From a virus (Duplodnaviria; Heunggongvirae; Uroviricota; Caudoviricetes), in the IMG/VR virus record IMGVR_UViG_3300042331_000303: a stretch of 64,000 nt of DNA, one strand, 5' to 3'. Under the pieces are notes generated by a model. The model made no database searches, was not told where the DNA came from, and was given only the letters and a program-made list of their open reading frames with translations. This document shows positions 9,105-18,866 of this stretch, piece after piece (the stretch's first letter is position 1; every line of letters starts with the position of its first letter). The translations under genes were made by a program, and so were the position numbers.

Positions 9105-9911
9105 TCAACGAAACGCGGCCTCGACGACGTCGGCTGCGGTGTCGAGCTTCGTACGGCTCGCCTGCGCGTAGATCGCGGTGGTAGCGATGGACGTGTGGCC
9201 GAGGAGCTTCTGGATCTCGTTGAGCTGCCACCCGGCGTCGAGCAGCGCCTCCGCGTAGTTGTGCCGGAGCTGGTGCGGGTGGAAGTCGGCAAGCTCTTCG
9301 TGCCGCTTCCGCAGCTTCTTGATCCAGTTCCAGAGTCCGCTCTCCGAGAGCGAGCCCCCGAAGCGCCCCGGGAACACGAACTCGGCACCATCCTCGTGCC
9401 GTGCCGCCAGACGCTTGCGTAGGCCGCCGGAGAGGGGCACCACGCGGTCCTTGTCACCCTTCCCGGTGACGTGCAGCCCGTTGGCCCGAACCGCGCTCCA
9501 CGGCAAGCTGCGGGCCTCCTCCGAGCGCAGGCCGCAGCCGAGCATGAGGTCGAGGCAGAGCCGGATGTCCGCGGGCATGTCCGCGTTGCGGAGCACGGCG
9601 AGCTGCATGCGGTTGAGGCCCGAGACCAGCGCGTTGTGCCGGGCCTTGATCTTCACGTCGTCGTCGAGCAGCGACTTGAGCGCTCCGACGCCGCCTTGGT
9701 CCCCGAGGTACGCCGCGGCGTAGTGCATCGCCGTGGCCTTCCGCACGCACACGGTGCCCACCGGGCGCCCTTGGCACGCGGCTTGGAGGTCGGCGGCAAG
9801 CTCCTCAACGGTCTCGGCGCCATCGACGTGCTTGACCGCGTGCCGGTAGGTCTTGCGGCTCCCGTCCGCGAGCGCGCGTCGGTGGAACCGGGTTTCGAGC
9901 TTGTCTGCCAT
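9105..9911 (-). CDS. Tyrosine recombinase (XerC/D-like)
   Basis: Catalytic set GLRSEE (R), VTGKGDK (K), HPHQLRH, LLGH, IYA (Y); start MADKLETRF. Confidence 0.9.
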   Translation of the reverse strand: MADKLETRFHRRALADGSRKTYRHAVKHVDGAETVEELAADLQAACQGRPVGTVCVRKATAMHYAAAYLGDQGGVGALKSLLDDDVKIKARHNALVSGLNRMQLAVLRNADMPADIRLCLDLMLGCGLRSEEARSLPWSAVRANGLHVTGKGDKDRVVPLSGGLRKRLAARHEDGAEFVFPGRFGGSLSESGLWNWIKKLRKRHEELADFHPHQLRHNYAEALLDAGWQLNEIQKLLGHTSIATTAIYAQASRTKLDTAADVVEAAFR

Positions 9912-9977
9912 GGGCCTCGATCCTACCGCGGCTCCCTGCGGAGAGCAAGAACTCTGGCAGTTGACCACATTCCTGCC

Positions 9978-10006
9978 TTGACAGGTTCGACATACCCTGA
10001 TAGGCG
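9978..10006 (+). promoter_or_regulatory. Possible sigma70-type promoter
   Basis: TTGACA-N17-TAGGCG, ATG 7 nt later. Confidence 0.45.
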
Positions 10007-10013
10007 GGGTGAG

Positions 10014-10391
10014 ATGAACTCCTCGCTCTTGACCATCGAGTGGCGGCCGAACCCCGCCGACCGCAAACAGCGTGGCTGGCCCGCCGCCGTGTGGATCCGC
10101 CACAGCACCTACGGCACCTCCGCGCTCCGCGATGCTGCCTTGGCCACCCTCTCGGCGGAGGGTCGGGCTCAGTTCCGCGCGACGGACGTTCCTCTGATCA
10201 CACGGGAGTACATCGAGCGGGTACGGGGCGAGCTGGGAGAGCTGGACGAGCGCGAGTTCATCGTGTTCGACAGCATCAGCCCCCTGAGCCAGAAGCCAGT
10301 CAAGCAGCCTACGTGGGCGGAGTACAACGCACGCATGGAAGGGCTGAAGGCGCTCGTCCGTGGCTGGCAGAAGGGAGAGTCCCATGGATGA
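10014..10391 (+). CDS. Hypothetical protein
   Basis: MNSSLLTIEW..., 3' part of ORF 9471..10391. Confidence 0.55.
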   Translation: MNSSLLTIEWRPNPADRKQRGWPAAVWIRHSTYGTSALRDAALATLSAEGRAQFRATDVPLITREYIERVRGELGELDEREFIVFDSISPLSQKPVKQPTWAEYNARMEGLKALVRGWQKGESHG

Positions 10392-10890
10392 CCTGTTCCG
10401 ACTGACGGTGCAGGACGATCCCCGCGGCGTCTACGCGCGGCTCGTCCTCTTCGCGGGGCCTCCCAATGGGGTGGACGTTGCGACGGTTGCGCAGTCGATG
10501 TTCAAGGTTTGGGGGCAAGACAAGAAGATCGAACCGCACATGAGCTGGATCCGAGCGTGGGTTGAGCGGGGCCTCCTTCCTCAGATCGAACAGACCTACC
10601 GCGAGATGCGCGCTGTGCCCTACCCAGAGCCTCACCCAGACCTGCCGTGGAGCCACGAGGAGCTGGAGTTCGGCTGCGACTACGCGGCGATGGGGTACCC
10701 CGGATGGATGGACGACCGGGCCATCCGAGCTGCACGAAGCAGGTTCTCCCGGCCGGTTCCGGAGACCGAAGCGGAACAGGCGGCGCTGTTCGATGCGCTG
10801 ATCTCCTACTTCGACATGAACCCCTGCGCTGACGGCTGGGCACTGGACATCCACAACCACTGGTTCAAGCGCTCTGGAGGTTCTTCGTGA
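10384..10890 (+). CDS. Hypothetical protein
   Basis: GGGAG RBS, MDDLFRLTV... Confidence 0.6.
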   Translation: MDDLFRLTVQDDPRGVYARLVLFAGPPNGVDVATVAQSMFKVWGQDKKIEPHMSWIRAWVERGLLPQIEQTYREMRAVPYPEPHPDLPWSHEELEFGCDYAAMGYPGWMDDRAIRAARSRFSRPVPETEAEQAALFDALISYFDMNPCADGWALDIHNHWFKRSGGSS

Positions 10891-11369
10891 CAGTCACGCC
10901 CAAGTACAACATCGGGAACAAGCTCTTCTTCTTGCTGAGTCGAGACGCGCGTGTGGACCCTGTCTGCGGTGCCTGCGAAGGCGCCAAGGTCTTCCTTGTG
11001 CCGCACTTGGACGGCGAGACGCACGAGTTGCCCTGCGCCAAGTGCAAGGGCAAGGGCTCGATCTACAGCGGGAAGTCGGTGACTGTCTACGATGTGAAGT
11101 CCCTCCTCATCACGGGTTTCACCATCGAGGTTGGGTGGATCAATGAGGTCGTCTCCTACGTTGAGCCGAAAGTCTCCTACCACGGGAAGAGTGGCGGAAA
11201 GACCTACAAGCTGACCCGCGAAGGCAGCCCCGAGGAAGTATGGAACAGCCGCACGAATGACACCTTCTTCTGGACCGACAAGGAGATCTCGGGGGCTATC
11301 GCCGAGGCGTGGACGAAGGCCGCACAGGCCGACGCGGCTTCGCGGGCGGGGTATCGCGGATACCGTTGA
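10887..11369 (+). CDS. Hypothetical protein with DnaJ-type CxxCxGxG zinc motifs
   Basis: CGACEGAK and CAKCKGKG. Confidence 0.6.
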   Translation: MTVTPKYNIGNKLFFLLSRDARVDPVCGACEGAKVFLVPHLDGETHELPCAKCKGKGSIYSGKSVTVYDVKSLLITGFTIEVGWINEVVSYVEPKVSYHGKSGGKTYKLTREGSPEEVWNSRTNDTFFWTDKEISGAIAEAWTKAAQADAASRAGYRGYR

Positions 11370-11700
11370 TCCAGTGGAGGAGACGGGCTGGCTCAGGGGA
11401 GTACGCCCACGCCACGAGCGCGAGGTGCCGGTCGGTTGGGCTGCCGTCCGGCCTCCAGAGAGGCTCCGCGTTCTTCTCGACCTGAGCGAGGTGGCGGGCA
11501 AGGAAACCAGCCCGGCGCTGCGCCCACGTCTCACCCGGCCGAGCAGGAAACGACCCCCACGGGCGACCCCAGCGCAGATAGCCCTCCATGAAGCCGTAGA
11601 GCGTGGCCCCGCGCTTCGCTCCTCGGGCTACTGCTGCGACGCCTCGCCGGGCCATCTCCGCCTCGCAGGCGGCCACCGTGCTCGGCCGCAGCCACTTCAT
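11296..11700 (-). CDS. Conserved-looking hypothetical viral protein
   Basis: MKWLRPSTV...RRAGFLARH...PTDRHLALVAWAYSP. Confidence 0.6.
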   Translation of the reverse strand: MKWLRPSTVAACEAEMARRGVAAVARGAKRGATLYGFMEGYLRWGRPWGSFPARPGETWAQRRAGFLARHLAQVEKNAEPLWRPDGSPTDRHLALVAWAYSPEPARLLHWINGIRDTPPAKPRRPVRPSSTPRR

Positions 11701-12350
11701 CGAGCGGGCGTCCGGAGAAGCAGGATAGCGCGCTGGGCTGCCTTGGGGAGCCCGATGCCGTCGCTGCCCCAAGTGAACGGAGGATCGACCTTCGCGATGT
11801 GGTTAGCGCGAAGCTGGTCCCCCACCCCTTCGGGGAGGTCATCGTTCGGCGTCGCGATGATCTTCAAGGCCCACGCGAGCTTCCGAGAAGCTCCCTGCGC
11901 GTCGTCGAGGAGCACGAACCGCCGGCCCTTCTCCAGCACCGACCAGTCGTTGAGGGCATCTCGGGTCGAGTAGAGCCGCTTGAAGTACCGGGCGAGGCCG
12001 AAAGCGTGGAGCGCGCCCTCGGCGTAGTCTCGCTTCGCTGCCGTGAAGACGCACAGCTCGCCGTACTTGGCCAGCTCGGCCAGGACGGCCTCGGCGTAGG
12101 GGTTCACGACGAAGTCGTAGGTCACGTCGCCGAACTGGATCGTCTCAGCCTCTCGCGCCTGTTCGATCTCGCGCTGGATCGACGGAATGCGCCGAGCCAG
12201 CAGCGCCGCGATGCGATCGTTGGAGACCTCCATCTTCTGGGTCGTGTGCGCAAGCTCCCACTCAGCCTGCTGGAGCATGTTCCAGCCGTTCTGCATGCGC
12301 GAGGCCCAGAGGGTCTCGTCGAGGTCGATGAAGATGAGCGGGCGCTTCAT
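11697..12350 (-). CDS. HAD-superfamily phosphatase (NIF/FCP1-like)
   Basis: IFIDLDETL (DxDxT), VFTAAKRDYA, VLLDD. Confidence 0.8.
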   Translation of the reverse strand: MKRPLIFIDLDETLWASRMQNGWNMLQQAEWELAHTTQKMEVSNDRIAALLARRIPSIQREIEQAREAETIQFGDVTYDFVVNPYAEAVLAELAKYGELCVFTAAKRDYAEGALHAFGLARYFKRLYSTRDALNDWSVLEKGRRFVLLDDAQGASRKLAWALKIIATPNDDLPEGVGDQLRANHIAKVDPPFTWGSDGIGLPKAAQRAILLLRTPAR

Positions 12351-13120
12351 GGGCCGGTTCGGGGGTTGGCTCGCTTGGCCGCGGCGACGGTATGATAGCC
12401 GATGGGCTGCTCTACGTCGGGAGCGACCGCGTCGAGCTGTTCGAGGTAGCGGTTGAGCTTCTCTGCATAGCCCATCCCGAACGACTTCACCAAGGCGTTG
12501 TACGCACGGCCGACTTCGTCCCGCTGCGCGGCGAACGCCCGCGACTCGGGGGAGTCGAGCCACTCCATCCAGTTGGAGCCCGGCGGCTTGTCCCAGACCT
12601 TCGCGTACAGGACGTCGTAGGTTCGCTTCAGTGCGGCGGCGGCCGCCAAGTCCGAGGGGCTTGCCTGCGCGACGTGCAGCGCGTTCGGGAGCGCCTGGAG
12701 AGCCTTCTGGGCGGCGGCCGGCGTGCGGCCCAGCGCAGCGCCCAGAGCGGCTTCCACGGCGTCGTACTTGGCCACGCGCTTGCCTTCGTAGGGCTTGATG
12801 AACCACCCGTTCGAGCTGATGCCGCCGAAGAGGTTCCACGAGCCCGCGGGCGTGTGGCCTCCGGTCCCCGTGCTCATGTAGAACGCCCGCCGCTTGCCAG
12901 GGGAGACCTCGACTACGGCAAAGGGCCGGACGGCATCCCCTGTCGTGGTGATCGTACCTCCGCCAAGCAGGAACCCGACGACCGTCGAGCGGGGCGCAGC
13001 CGCGCCGGCCGCGCCAGCCGGGCCCGCGGCCCGCTCAGCCTTCTCGCGGGTGTAGAACCACCGGTCGCCGACCATGTAGATCGTCCTACCTCGGGCGTCC
13101 TTGCCTTCTTGTATCATCAT
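12347..13120 (-). CDS. Hypothetical late protein, C-terminal KRANP motif
   Basis: Coupled ORF; N-terminal GRTIYMVGDRWFYTREKA module. Confidence 0.6.
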   Translation of the reverse strand: MMIQEGKDARGRTIYMVGDRWFYTREKAERAAGPAGAAGAAAPRSTVVGFLLGGGTITTTGDAVRPFAVVEVSPGKRRAFYMSTGTGGHTPAGSWNLFGGISSNGWFIKPYEGKRVAKYDAVEAALGAALGRTPAAAQKALQALPNALHVAQASPSDLAAAAALKRTYDVLYAKVWDKPPGSNWMEWLDSPESRAFAAQRDEVGRAYNALVKSFGMGYAEKLNRYLEQLDAVAPDVEQPIGYHTVAAAKRANPRTGP

Positions 13121-13692
13121 GACTCGTACTCCGGGTTGCACTCACCCGCGAACCGCTCCCACGAGTCCTCGCCCTTGTCCAGCTCGACCTGTAGGTTGTA
13201 GAGGTAGGTTCCAGCCATGTCGAAGTCCTGCCGACCGAGCGCGATAGCAGCTCCTCGGGCCCACGCCTGCGCCTTGTTGTAGACACGGAGCTTGGAATGC
13301 GCCATGGCGTAGGCCCGCCCGAGGGCGTAGAGCTTGTCCTCGGCTTCTGCAACAGTCTTGGGATACTTTGGATCGTCTCCCTGTTCCGCCACGTAAGCCA
13401 CGTTGCTGCGGATCTGGCGGTCCATGTTGACAGCGGCTCGCTGAAGCACTCGGAGGGTCTTGTCGACCTTGTTTCCGACGTTGTGGTAGTTACCCTTGAA
13501 CCAAGAGAACTTCTCTGACATGCGGTGAGTCAGGTCTCCAACATGCTCACAGAGCCAGCCGTACTCTTGGGCGATCTGCGAGTGTTGGAGCTTCAGCATC
13601 GCCTCTTCTGGCTTGTACCGCTGAGCGGCGGCCAGCTCTTCGAAGAGCCTGTCTCGCTCCTTGGTCGAGCAGTGAGAGTTCTTGCGGATCAC
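13117..13692 (-). CDS. Hypothetical protein
   Basis: GGAGG RBS, GTG start VIRKNS... Confidence 0.55.
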   Translation of the reverse strand: MIRKNSHCSTKERDRLFEELAAAQRYKPEEAMLKLQHSQIAQEYGWLCEHVGDLTHRMSEKFSWFKGNYHNVGNKVDKTLRVLQRAAVNMDRQIRSNVAYVAEQGDDPKYPKTVAEAEDKLYALGRAYAMAHSKLRVYNKAQAWARGAAIALGRQDFDMAGTYLYNLQVELDKGEDSWERFAGECNPEYES

Positions 13693-13991
13693 CGCCCAAC
13701 CTCCTTGAACGTCCGCGCTCCGAGGTGAACAGGTCGAAAGGATACCTGAAGGATGTCGAGGCACCCCTCCACCTCTGGAACCTCGTCCTCCACGTAGTCT
13801 GCGGCGTCTACCGCGTCCTGATACTCTATGAACAGCTCAGGCTCGTTCGAGAAGCCAAGTCCAGCGATCCAACGAGAGTAGAGGTGACCGTTCCAGAGCC
13901 CGATGACGTAGAACGTGTCGGTCTTTCGAGCGTACCCCCGGCGCTCTGGGTACTCAGCGCGAGGTGGCTGGATGGGGTTCCGTCGGCTCAT
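13689..13991 (-). CDS. Hypothetical protein
   Basis: Start MSRRNP, ATGA-coupled. Confidence 0.55.
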   Translation of the reverse strand: MSRRNPIQPPRAEYPERRGYARKTDTFYVIGLWNGHLYSRWIAGLGFSNEPELFIEYQDAVDAADYVEDEVPEVEGCLDILQVSFRPVHLGARTFKEVGR

Positions 13992-14200
13992 GGGCTTCGT
14001 TCCTGGTACGATCGGAGGAGGAGTTCGACGTCGTTGTAGTCGTTCTTGATCGAGTCGATGGTGCGGTAGACCTCCTCGTCTTGGTCGATTCCGTGCGCGG
14101 CGCACAGATCGAACAGGCGGGAGAGGTCCGCATACAGTGGGACGAGTTGGTTGCGCAGGTCGGCGATCAGCCGATCGTGCTTTCCCGTGCATGGATTCAT
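13988..14200 (-). CDS. Small hypothetical protein
   Basis: ATGA-coupled. Confidence 0.5.
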   Translation of the reverse strand: MNPCTGKHDRLIADLRNQLVPLYADLSRLFDLCAAHGIDQDEEVYRTIDSIKNDYNDVELLLRSYQERSP

Positions 14201-15195
14201 GCGATGCCTGCGAGCTTCATGGCCTTCTCCTTGGAGTAGGCGTACTTGGTGGTCTTCTTGCCGTCGCGGTAGACGAAGAACGCTGGGCGGCCGTATGGAT
14301 CGTTCTCACGGCGAATCTCGACTGCCTTCTGCTGAGCCCCGAGCTTCTTCTTCTGGACCGCGGCTGCGAGCGCGGAACGCAGCTCATCGCCGCGGGGTCG
14401 ACGCTGCGGGTAGAGCTGGCGGTGCGCAGCTTCCTTCGCTGCTGCCGCCTCGTCGGCTGCCTTCAGGAACTCTGCGGCAGCGATCTTCAGGCCATGCCTG
14501 TACTTCTCGGGGGCATGGGCCTTCCAGTGCAGGAAGGTCAGGCTACGTTCGACCAGCTCCATCGCACCGCTAACCGAGCCCGTTCGGCGCCGGATGCGGT
14601 CAGCCAGCGGCTCAAGCTCATCGCCGAGTCGCGTGTGGAACTCGATGTCCCGCACAGCGTGGGCGTGGGGGACGGAATACTCAGTGCCACCCGGCACCTG
14701 CGACAGTTCGTCCTTTCCTCGCACCTTCCGCGGAGGCATCCCGCGCGCTCGCTTCGACGACTCCCACCGAAGCGTTGCACCGTCAAGGGTCAACCGTGAC
14801 CCACGCCCACCGAGTGCGAACTGGACGAGGTGCCGAAGCTCGTGGCGAACGGTCTCTCGGAGGCTGGCGGAGATCGTCCGATCCTCGTAGAACCGGACCT
14901 TGTGAGGGTCGATCGCAACGGTGCCCGGAGCCTCGAACCAGGCTGCTGCCCCTTCGGGGAGATACTTGACAACTACCCTCAGAGCGCTCACGATCGGCTT
15001 GAGCCCGTACGGAAGCTCTACGCCAGGATGGAAGATCACGAACCCCTCTCCGACAGGACCCGTTGACTCTGGGTAGCCCCCGCGGGCGCGAAGGCTGTCG
15101 TACTCGACCCACGCTTCGATTGCGGCCTTGCACGTCGCCTCGACCAGCGGTTCAGGGAGCTTGATGAGCCCGTTCTTCTTCGTGCGCCGGATCAT
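14197..15195 (-). CDS. Zincin-like HExxH metallopeptidase, paralog A
   Basis: VRHELRHLVQ...HAVRDIEF; aligns with 15192..16202. Confidence 0.65.
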   Translation of the reverse strand: MIRRTKKNGLIKLPEPLVEATCKAAIEAWVEYDSLRARGGYPESTGPVGEGFVIFHPGVELPYGLKPIVSALRVVVKYLPEGAAAWFEAPGTVAIDPHKVRFYEDRTISASLRETVRHELRHLVQFALGGRGSRLTLDGATLRWESSKRARGMPPRKVRGKDELSQVPGGTEYSVPHAHAVRDIEFHTRLGDELEPLADRIRRRTGSVSGAMELVERSLTFLHWKAHAPEKYRHGLKIAAAEFLKAADEAAAAKEAAHRQLYPQRRPRGDELRSALAAAVQKKKLGAQQKAVEIRRENDPYGRPAFFVYRDGKKTTKYAYSKEKAMKLAGIA

Positions 15196-16202
15196 CCCTT
15201 CCCCCGGTTGAGCTTCTCCACGAGAGCCTGCGCCTTCTCCTTGGTGTAGGCGTACTTGTCGGTTCGGAGGCCGTCCTTGGTGTAGACCCGGTAGATCGGG
15301 CGGTTGTGGGCATCGAAGTCCGCGCGGGACTGACCGAGCGCTTGGTTGCCGGCCGCCTTCTGCTTGATCTTCGACTGGAGCTGCTCTCGCAGCGGCGTGA
15401 GGGGGCGCCCGAGCCAATCCTTCTTGACGGGGGCATTCTTGGCTGCAATGGCGTGGAACTCAGCCGCAGCGCTCTTCATTCCTGCACGGAACTTCTCGGG
15501 AGCATGCTCGCGCCAGACACGGAAGGAAGGCGTGTTCGACAGCTTCCGGAGAGCGTCCTCGGGCGTGTAATCGCCGCTCGCGACCGAGTCAGCGTACAGC
15601 TCGACCTCGTCGCCGAGGCGCGTCTGGAACTCGATGTCTCGGACAGCATGCTCCCAGGGCACGCTTTGCGCCACTCCCCCAAACACCTGCGACTCGGCAC
15701 TCTTGCCCCGGGCCTTCCGCGGCGGCATGCCCCGAGTTTCCTTGGGCTTGCCCCACCGCCCGAACTGCACCAGATACTTCCGGTCTCGATCTGGGACGGT
15801 CTTGAAGAACCGATCCTTCTGCCCCAGCGCGAACTGGATGAAGTGTCGAAGCTCGTGGCGGAGCACGTAGAGCAGCGTTGGCATGCTGTGCGGGTGGAAA
15901 CGAGTACCAGGGTCGATTTCGATCAGACCGGGAGCCACGAACCAGCCGCCCGCACCTCCCAGGGGCCGAACGGTGATGTGCAACAAGCCAATCCCCAACA
16001 GCCCATAGGGCATGTCCTGATCGGTGAGGAGCGCCGATGCCTCGCCTCGCGGGTCCGCGTTCCGCAGGGCCCGCTCTTCCTGGTACCCCCGGAGAGCTTC
16101 GACCAAGAGCTTCACCGCCTTCTTGGACAAGGCATCGGGAATCTTGATGATCCCGTTCTTGCGGCAGCGCGAGCAGGTGATCTTGGGGCGGCGCTTCAGC
16201 AT
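15192..16202 (-). CDS. Zincin-like HExxH metallopeptidase, paralog B
   Basis: LRHELRHFIQ...HAVRDIEF. Confidence 0.65.
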   Translation of the reverse strand: MLKRRPKITCSRCRKNGIIKIPDALSKKAVKLLVEALRGYQEERALRNADPRGEASALLTDQDMPYGLLGIGLLHITVRPLGGAGGWFVAPGLIEIDPGTRFHPHSMPTLLYVLRHELRHFIQFALGQKDRFFKTVPDRDRKYLVQFGRWGKPKETRGMPPRKARGKSAESQVFGGVAQSVPWEHAVRDIEFQTRLGDEVELYADSVASGDYTPEDALRKLSNTPSFRVWREHAPEKFRAGMKSAAAEFHAIAAKNAPVKKDWLGRPLTPLREQLQSKIKQKAAGNQALGQSRADFDAHNRPIYRVYTKDGLRTDKYAYTKEKAQALVEKLNRGKG

Positions 16203-16798
16203 CCCTTCCCCGCTCGGATTCGTTGGATCGAAGCCATGCTGAACACGACATCGAGCAGGATCATGGTGCCGTTCTTGTCTACGCCGAGATTGCGCGGAGC
16301 AAACTCGAAGGTGTAGTCGCTGCCGTAGTCTGAAGCGTAGTCCCGCAAGGTCTCCAGAGCCTCGAACACCCCGGGCGAAACGACGCCCTCAGCGCATTCG
16401 AGCACCTTCTCCATCGCAACGTAGCCGAACTGCCGGTCGGCCCAATGGAGGCCACGCCAGCAGCGCTCCAGCGTGCGGTAGTCCGCCCACGCGACCTTGT
16501 TGGCCGCTCGGAGGGGGACTTGGTACCGCGGCATGACGAAAGCCTCACTGTCCGGCAAGCTGCCCAGCCGGCGCACGTAGGGGATGTGCGGATTCCCGCG
16601 CTCGTCCTCCCAGATGCGGGCGAGCAGCTCCTTGCTGAAGTCCTGCTTGCAGTCCGGGACGATAGCGACTACTCGATCGGGCTTGCCGACGACTTCGTAG
16701 ACCGTGGCGAACGCGCCCTTTCCGATCTGTCGCAGAGGCGCCGTGTCGCCGGAGTCCAGATCGGTCAGCACGCCGCGATGGAGAGTCATGTTGCCCAT
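16196..16798 (-). CDS. Protein-kinase-like (PKL fold) protein
   Basis: IGKGAFATVY Gly loop, HIPYV, FAPRNLGV, MILLDVVF. Confidence 0.65.
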   Translation of the reverse strand: MGNMTLHRGVLTDLDSGDTAPLRQIGKGAFATVYEVVGKPDRVVAIVPDCKQDFSKELLARIWEDERGNPHIPYVRRLGSLPDSEAFVMPRYQVPLRAANKVAWADYRTLERCWRGLHWADRQFGYVAMEKVLECAEGVVSPGVFEALETLRDYASDYGSDYTFEFAPRNLGVDKNGTMILLDVVFSMASIQRIRAGKGC

Positions 16799-17283
16799 CA
16801 GCGAGACGCCTCCTGCGCGTAGTCCAGCATGGCGACGCGCCCATCATAGATACCCCAGTTCTGCGGCATCCAAGCGTCATCGACGAACCACATGACCTCC
16901 TGCGCCGCCGCCAGCTTCCGCACCCAGCCGCGAGGGGCGCCCCCCGCATAGAAGGGCTTTGCTCGACGCATGATGAGTAGGCGCCCGTCGGCGTAGGTCC
17001 CCACGACCGGCACGAGCAGATCTCGCAGCTTCCACCAGTCACGGTAGTTCTGCTCTTCGAGCAGGTTCGCACTTCCCTCCGGATCGAGGTCGATCTTGCC
17101 TACATGAGCTGCGTCCACGCTCACTACGATCCGCTGACCCCCTGCGCCAATGATGGGGAAGCCTACGTCCGCGAAGATGGTCTGCATCGTGTGTGGCTGG
17201 TATCGCCCAAGCGACTTCCCTGCGAACGTGCTGACCAACTCTTCGAGAGCGTACACCTTGGCCATGTCGAGGTGCGCGCGCAT
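16798..17283 (-). CDS. Minimal kinase-like protein
   Basis: IGAGGQRIV, VGKID, NLLE, DAWMPQNWG, AMLDYA. Confidence 0.55.
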   Translation of the reverse strand: MRAHLDMAKVYALEELVSTFAGKSLGRYQPHTMQTIFADVGFPIIGAGGQRIVVSVDAAHVGKIDLDPEGSANLLEEQNYRDWWKLRDLLVPVVGTYADGRLLIMRRAKPFYAGGAPRGWVRKLAAAQEVMWFVDDAWMPQNWGIYDGRVAMLDYAQEASR

Positions 17284-18866
17284 CAGATGACCCAGATGCG
17301 AACGTCTTCGACGGCGCGGGTGACTGCGGTGTAGGCCCACTCGCGGGCGAACTGACGGTCGTCCTCGTCCGTGCTGGTCCACTTCCGCTGCATGCTGTAC
17401 TCCCAGACTACCCCGACCTTCTTCCACTGGCTGCCCTGACTCTTGTGGCAGGTCAGGCACTCGCCGTACTCGGCCCACAGCGCCACGTCCGGACGGATGG
17501 CGCCGTACTGGTCGAACAGCTCCTCGTCGGACAGCTCCTGCATCTCCAGTGGCTCTTCCCACGGGGGCGTCGTCTCGTCCATAGGGTCGCGCATGTCTTC
17601 CACCGCCTCCTTGTAGGCTTCGAAGTACGGAGCCATGCCAGCGTCCCAGTCGTTGCGCTTGTCGATGTTCAGGGCGCGCATCTGAACGAGGAACGGCCCC
17701 TTGTCCTTCCAGAGCTGGACGTACTGGAAGCCAGCCTCGCCGAGCCCGCCCTTCGGGCGCCAGCCCTTCTGGACGATGAACACCTCGCCGTTCATCACGC
17801 CCGCGCCGCGGTTGTTGGCCAGCACCACGAGGCGGTCCGCCTGCACGAACGCGAGGTTTGCCTTCTCGGCGATCTTGTCCAGCCCGCGGAGGCGGCGCAC
17901 CGCGTGGTTCAGCTCACGCCGGGTCTTGTTGGTGAAGCAGAGCAGAGTGCAGTCCTCTCGCCGCTCGCGCAGCTCGGCCAGCCACTTCGCCGGCTGGGCC
18001 ATCACTGCGCGCCGGTTCACCAGTACGTGCTGGGCCGGATCAGGTACCGCGGTGTAGAACGGGTCCTTGTCGTTCTCGCCGAGTCGGATGCGCGTAGCGA
18101 GGTTGATGATCGGATTGTCGGCCGCCTGCCGGTGGACCTTCTCCAGCGTCGCGGTCGGATGGTCGAAGTCCGGCCCCCACGCCCCTCCGACGGGGCGGAG
18201 CTGGCCCTTGTCCCCGACGTAGAGCACCGAGAAGTTCGCGGGAAGGCGCCCCATCACGCGGTCGTGAAGGGCCTTGTCGATCATGGACGCCTCGTCCACG
18301 ATGAGCACGACCGAGCCCGCCTGCTCCTTGCCCTTCTTGTCAGCGAACACGACCTGAGTTTCGATCGTATCGGCCCGATCCAACGGAACGCGAGCGCTAC
18401 AGTGCGGGCAGGTCCAGTCCGTATCCCCCTTGCGGCGAAGCGTGACGATGGAGCGGCCCATCTCGGGGCTGAACTCCTTGCACTTCGGGCACTTCCCGAC
18501 CGTCTTGCCCTGTCCGAGCACCGCACTGTGGACCGTCGAGGTCTCGCGCCGGGTCGTCTCCTTCAGGCGGCTCGCGGCCTTGCCCGTCGGCGCTGCGAGC
18601 ACGACGCCCACACCGACCGCTTCCAGCCGCTCAATCAGGAGCCGCATGACGGTGGACTTGCCGGACCCGGCGTAGCCGGCGAGAACCAGCACGGTTCGCT
18701 TGCCGTCCGCGCTCCGGTTGGTCAGCAGGTCGAAGATCTTGTCGAGGGCTGCGGACTGGTCGGGGGAGGGCTGGAACGCACCCGCAGGGTTCCGTCGGGC
18801 TGGAGCAAACGCCGCGCAGTCGATGACAACGGCGAGGTCTTCGGGCTTGCGGAACTTGGTCGTCAT
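17283..18866 (-). CDS. RecD/Dda-like SF1B helicase with Zn-finger insertion
   Basis: LAGYAGSGKS, AAPTGKAA, IVDEASM, VGDKGQLRPV, LTCHKSQGSQW, YTAVTRA; CPKC...CPHC insert. Confidence 0.9.
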   Translation of the reverse strand: MTTKFRKPEDLAVVIDCAAFAPARRNPAGAFQPSPDQSAALDKIFDLLTNRSADGKRTVLVLAGYAGSGKSTVMRLLIERLEAVGVGVVLAAPTGKAASRLKETTRRETSTVHSAVLGQGKTVGKCPKCKEFSPEMGRSIVTLRRKGDTDWTCPHCSARVPLDRADTIETQVVFADKKGKEQAGSVVLIVDEASMIDKALHDRVMGRLPANFSVLYVGDKGQLRPVGGAWGPDFDHPTATLEKVHRQAADNPIINLATRIRLGENDKDPFYTAVPDPAQHVLVNRRAVMAQPAKWLAELRERREDCTLLCFTNKTRRELNHAVRRLRGLDKIAEKANLAFVQADRLVVLANNRGAGVMNGEVFIVQKGWRPKGGLGEAGFQYVQLWKDKGPFLVQMRALNIDKRNDWDAGMAPYFEAYKEAVEDMRDPMDETTPPWEEPLEMQELSDEELFDQYGAIRPDVALWAEYGECLTCHKSQGSQWKKVGVVWEYSMQRKWTSTDEDDRQFAREWAYTAVTRAVEDVRIWVI

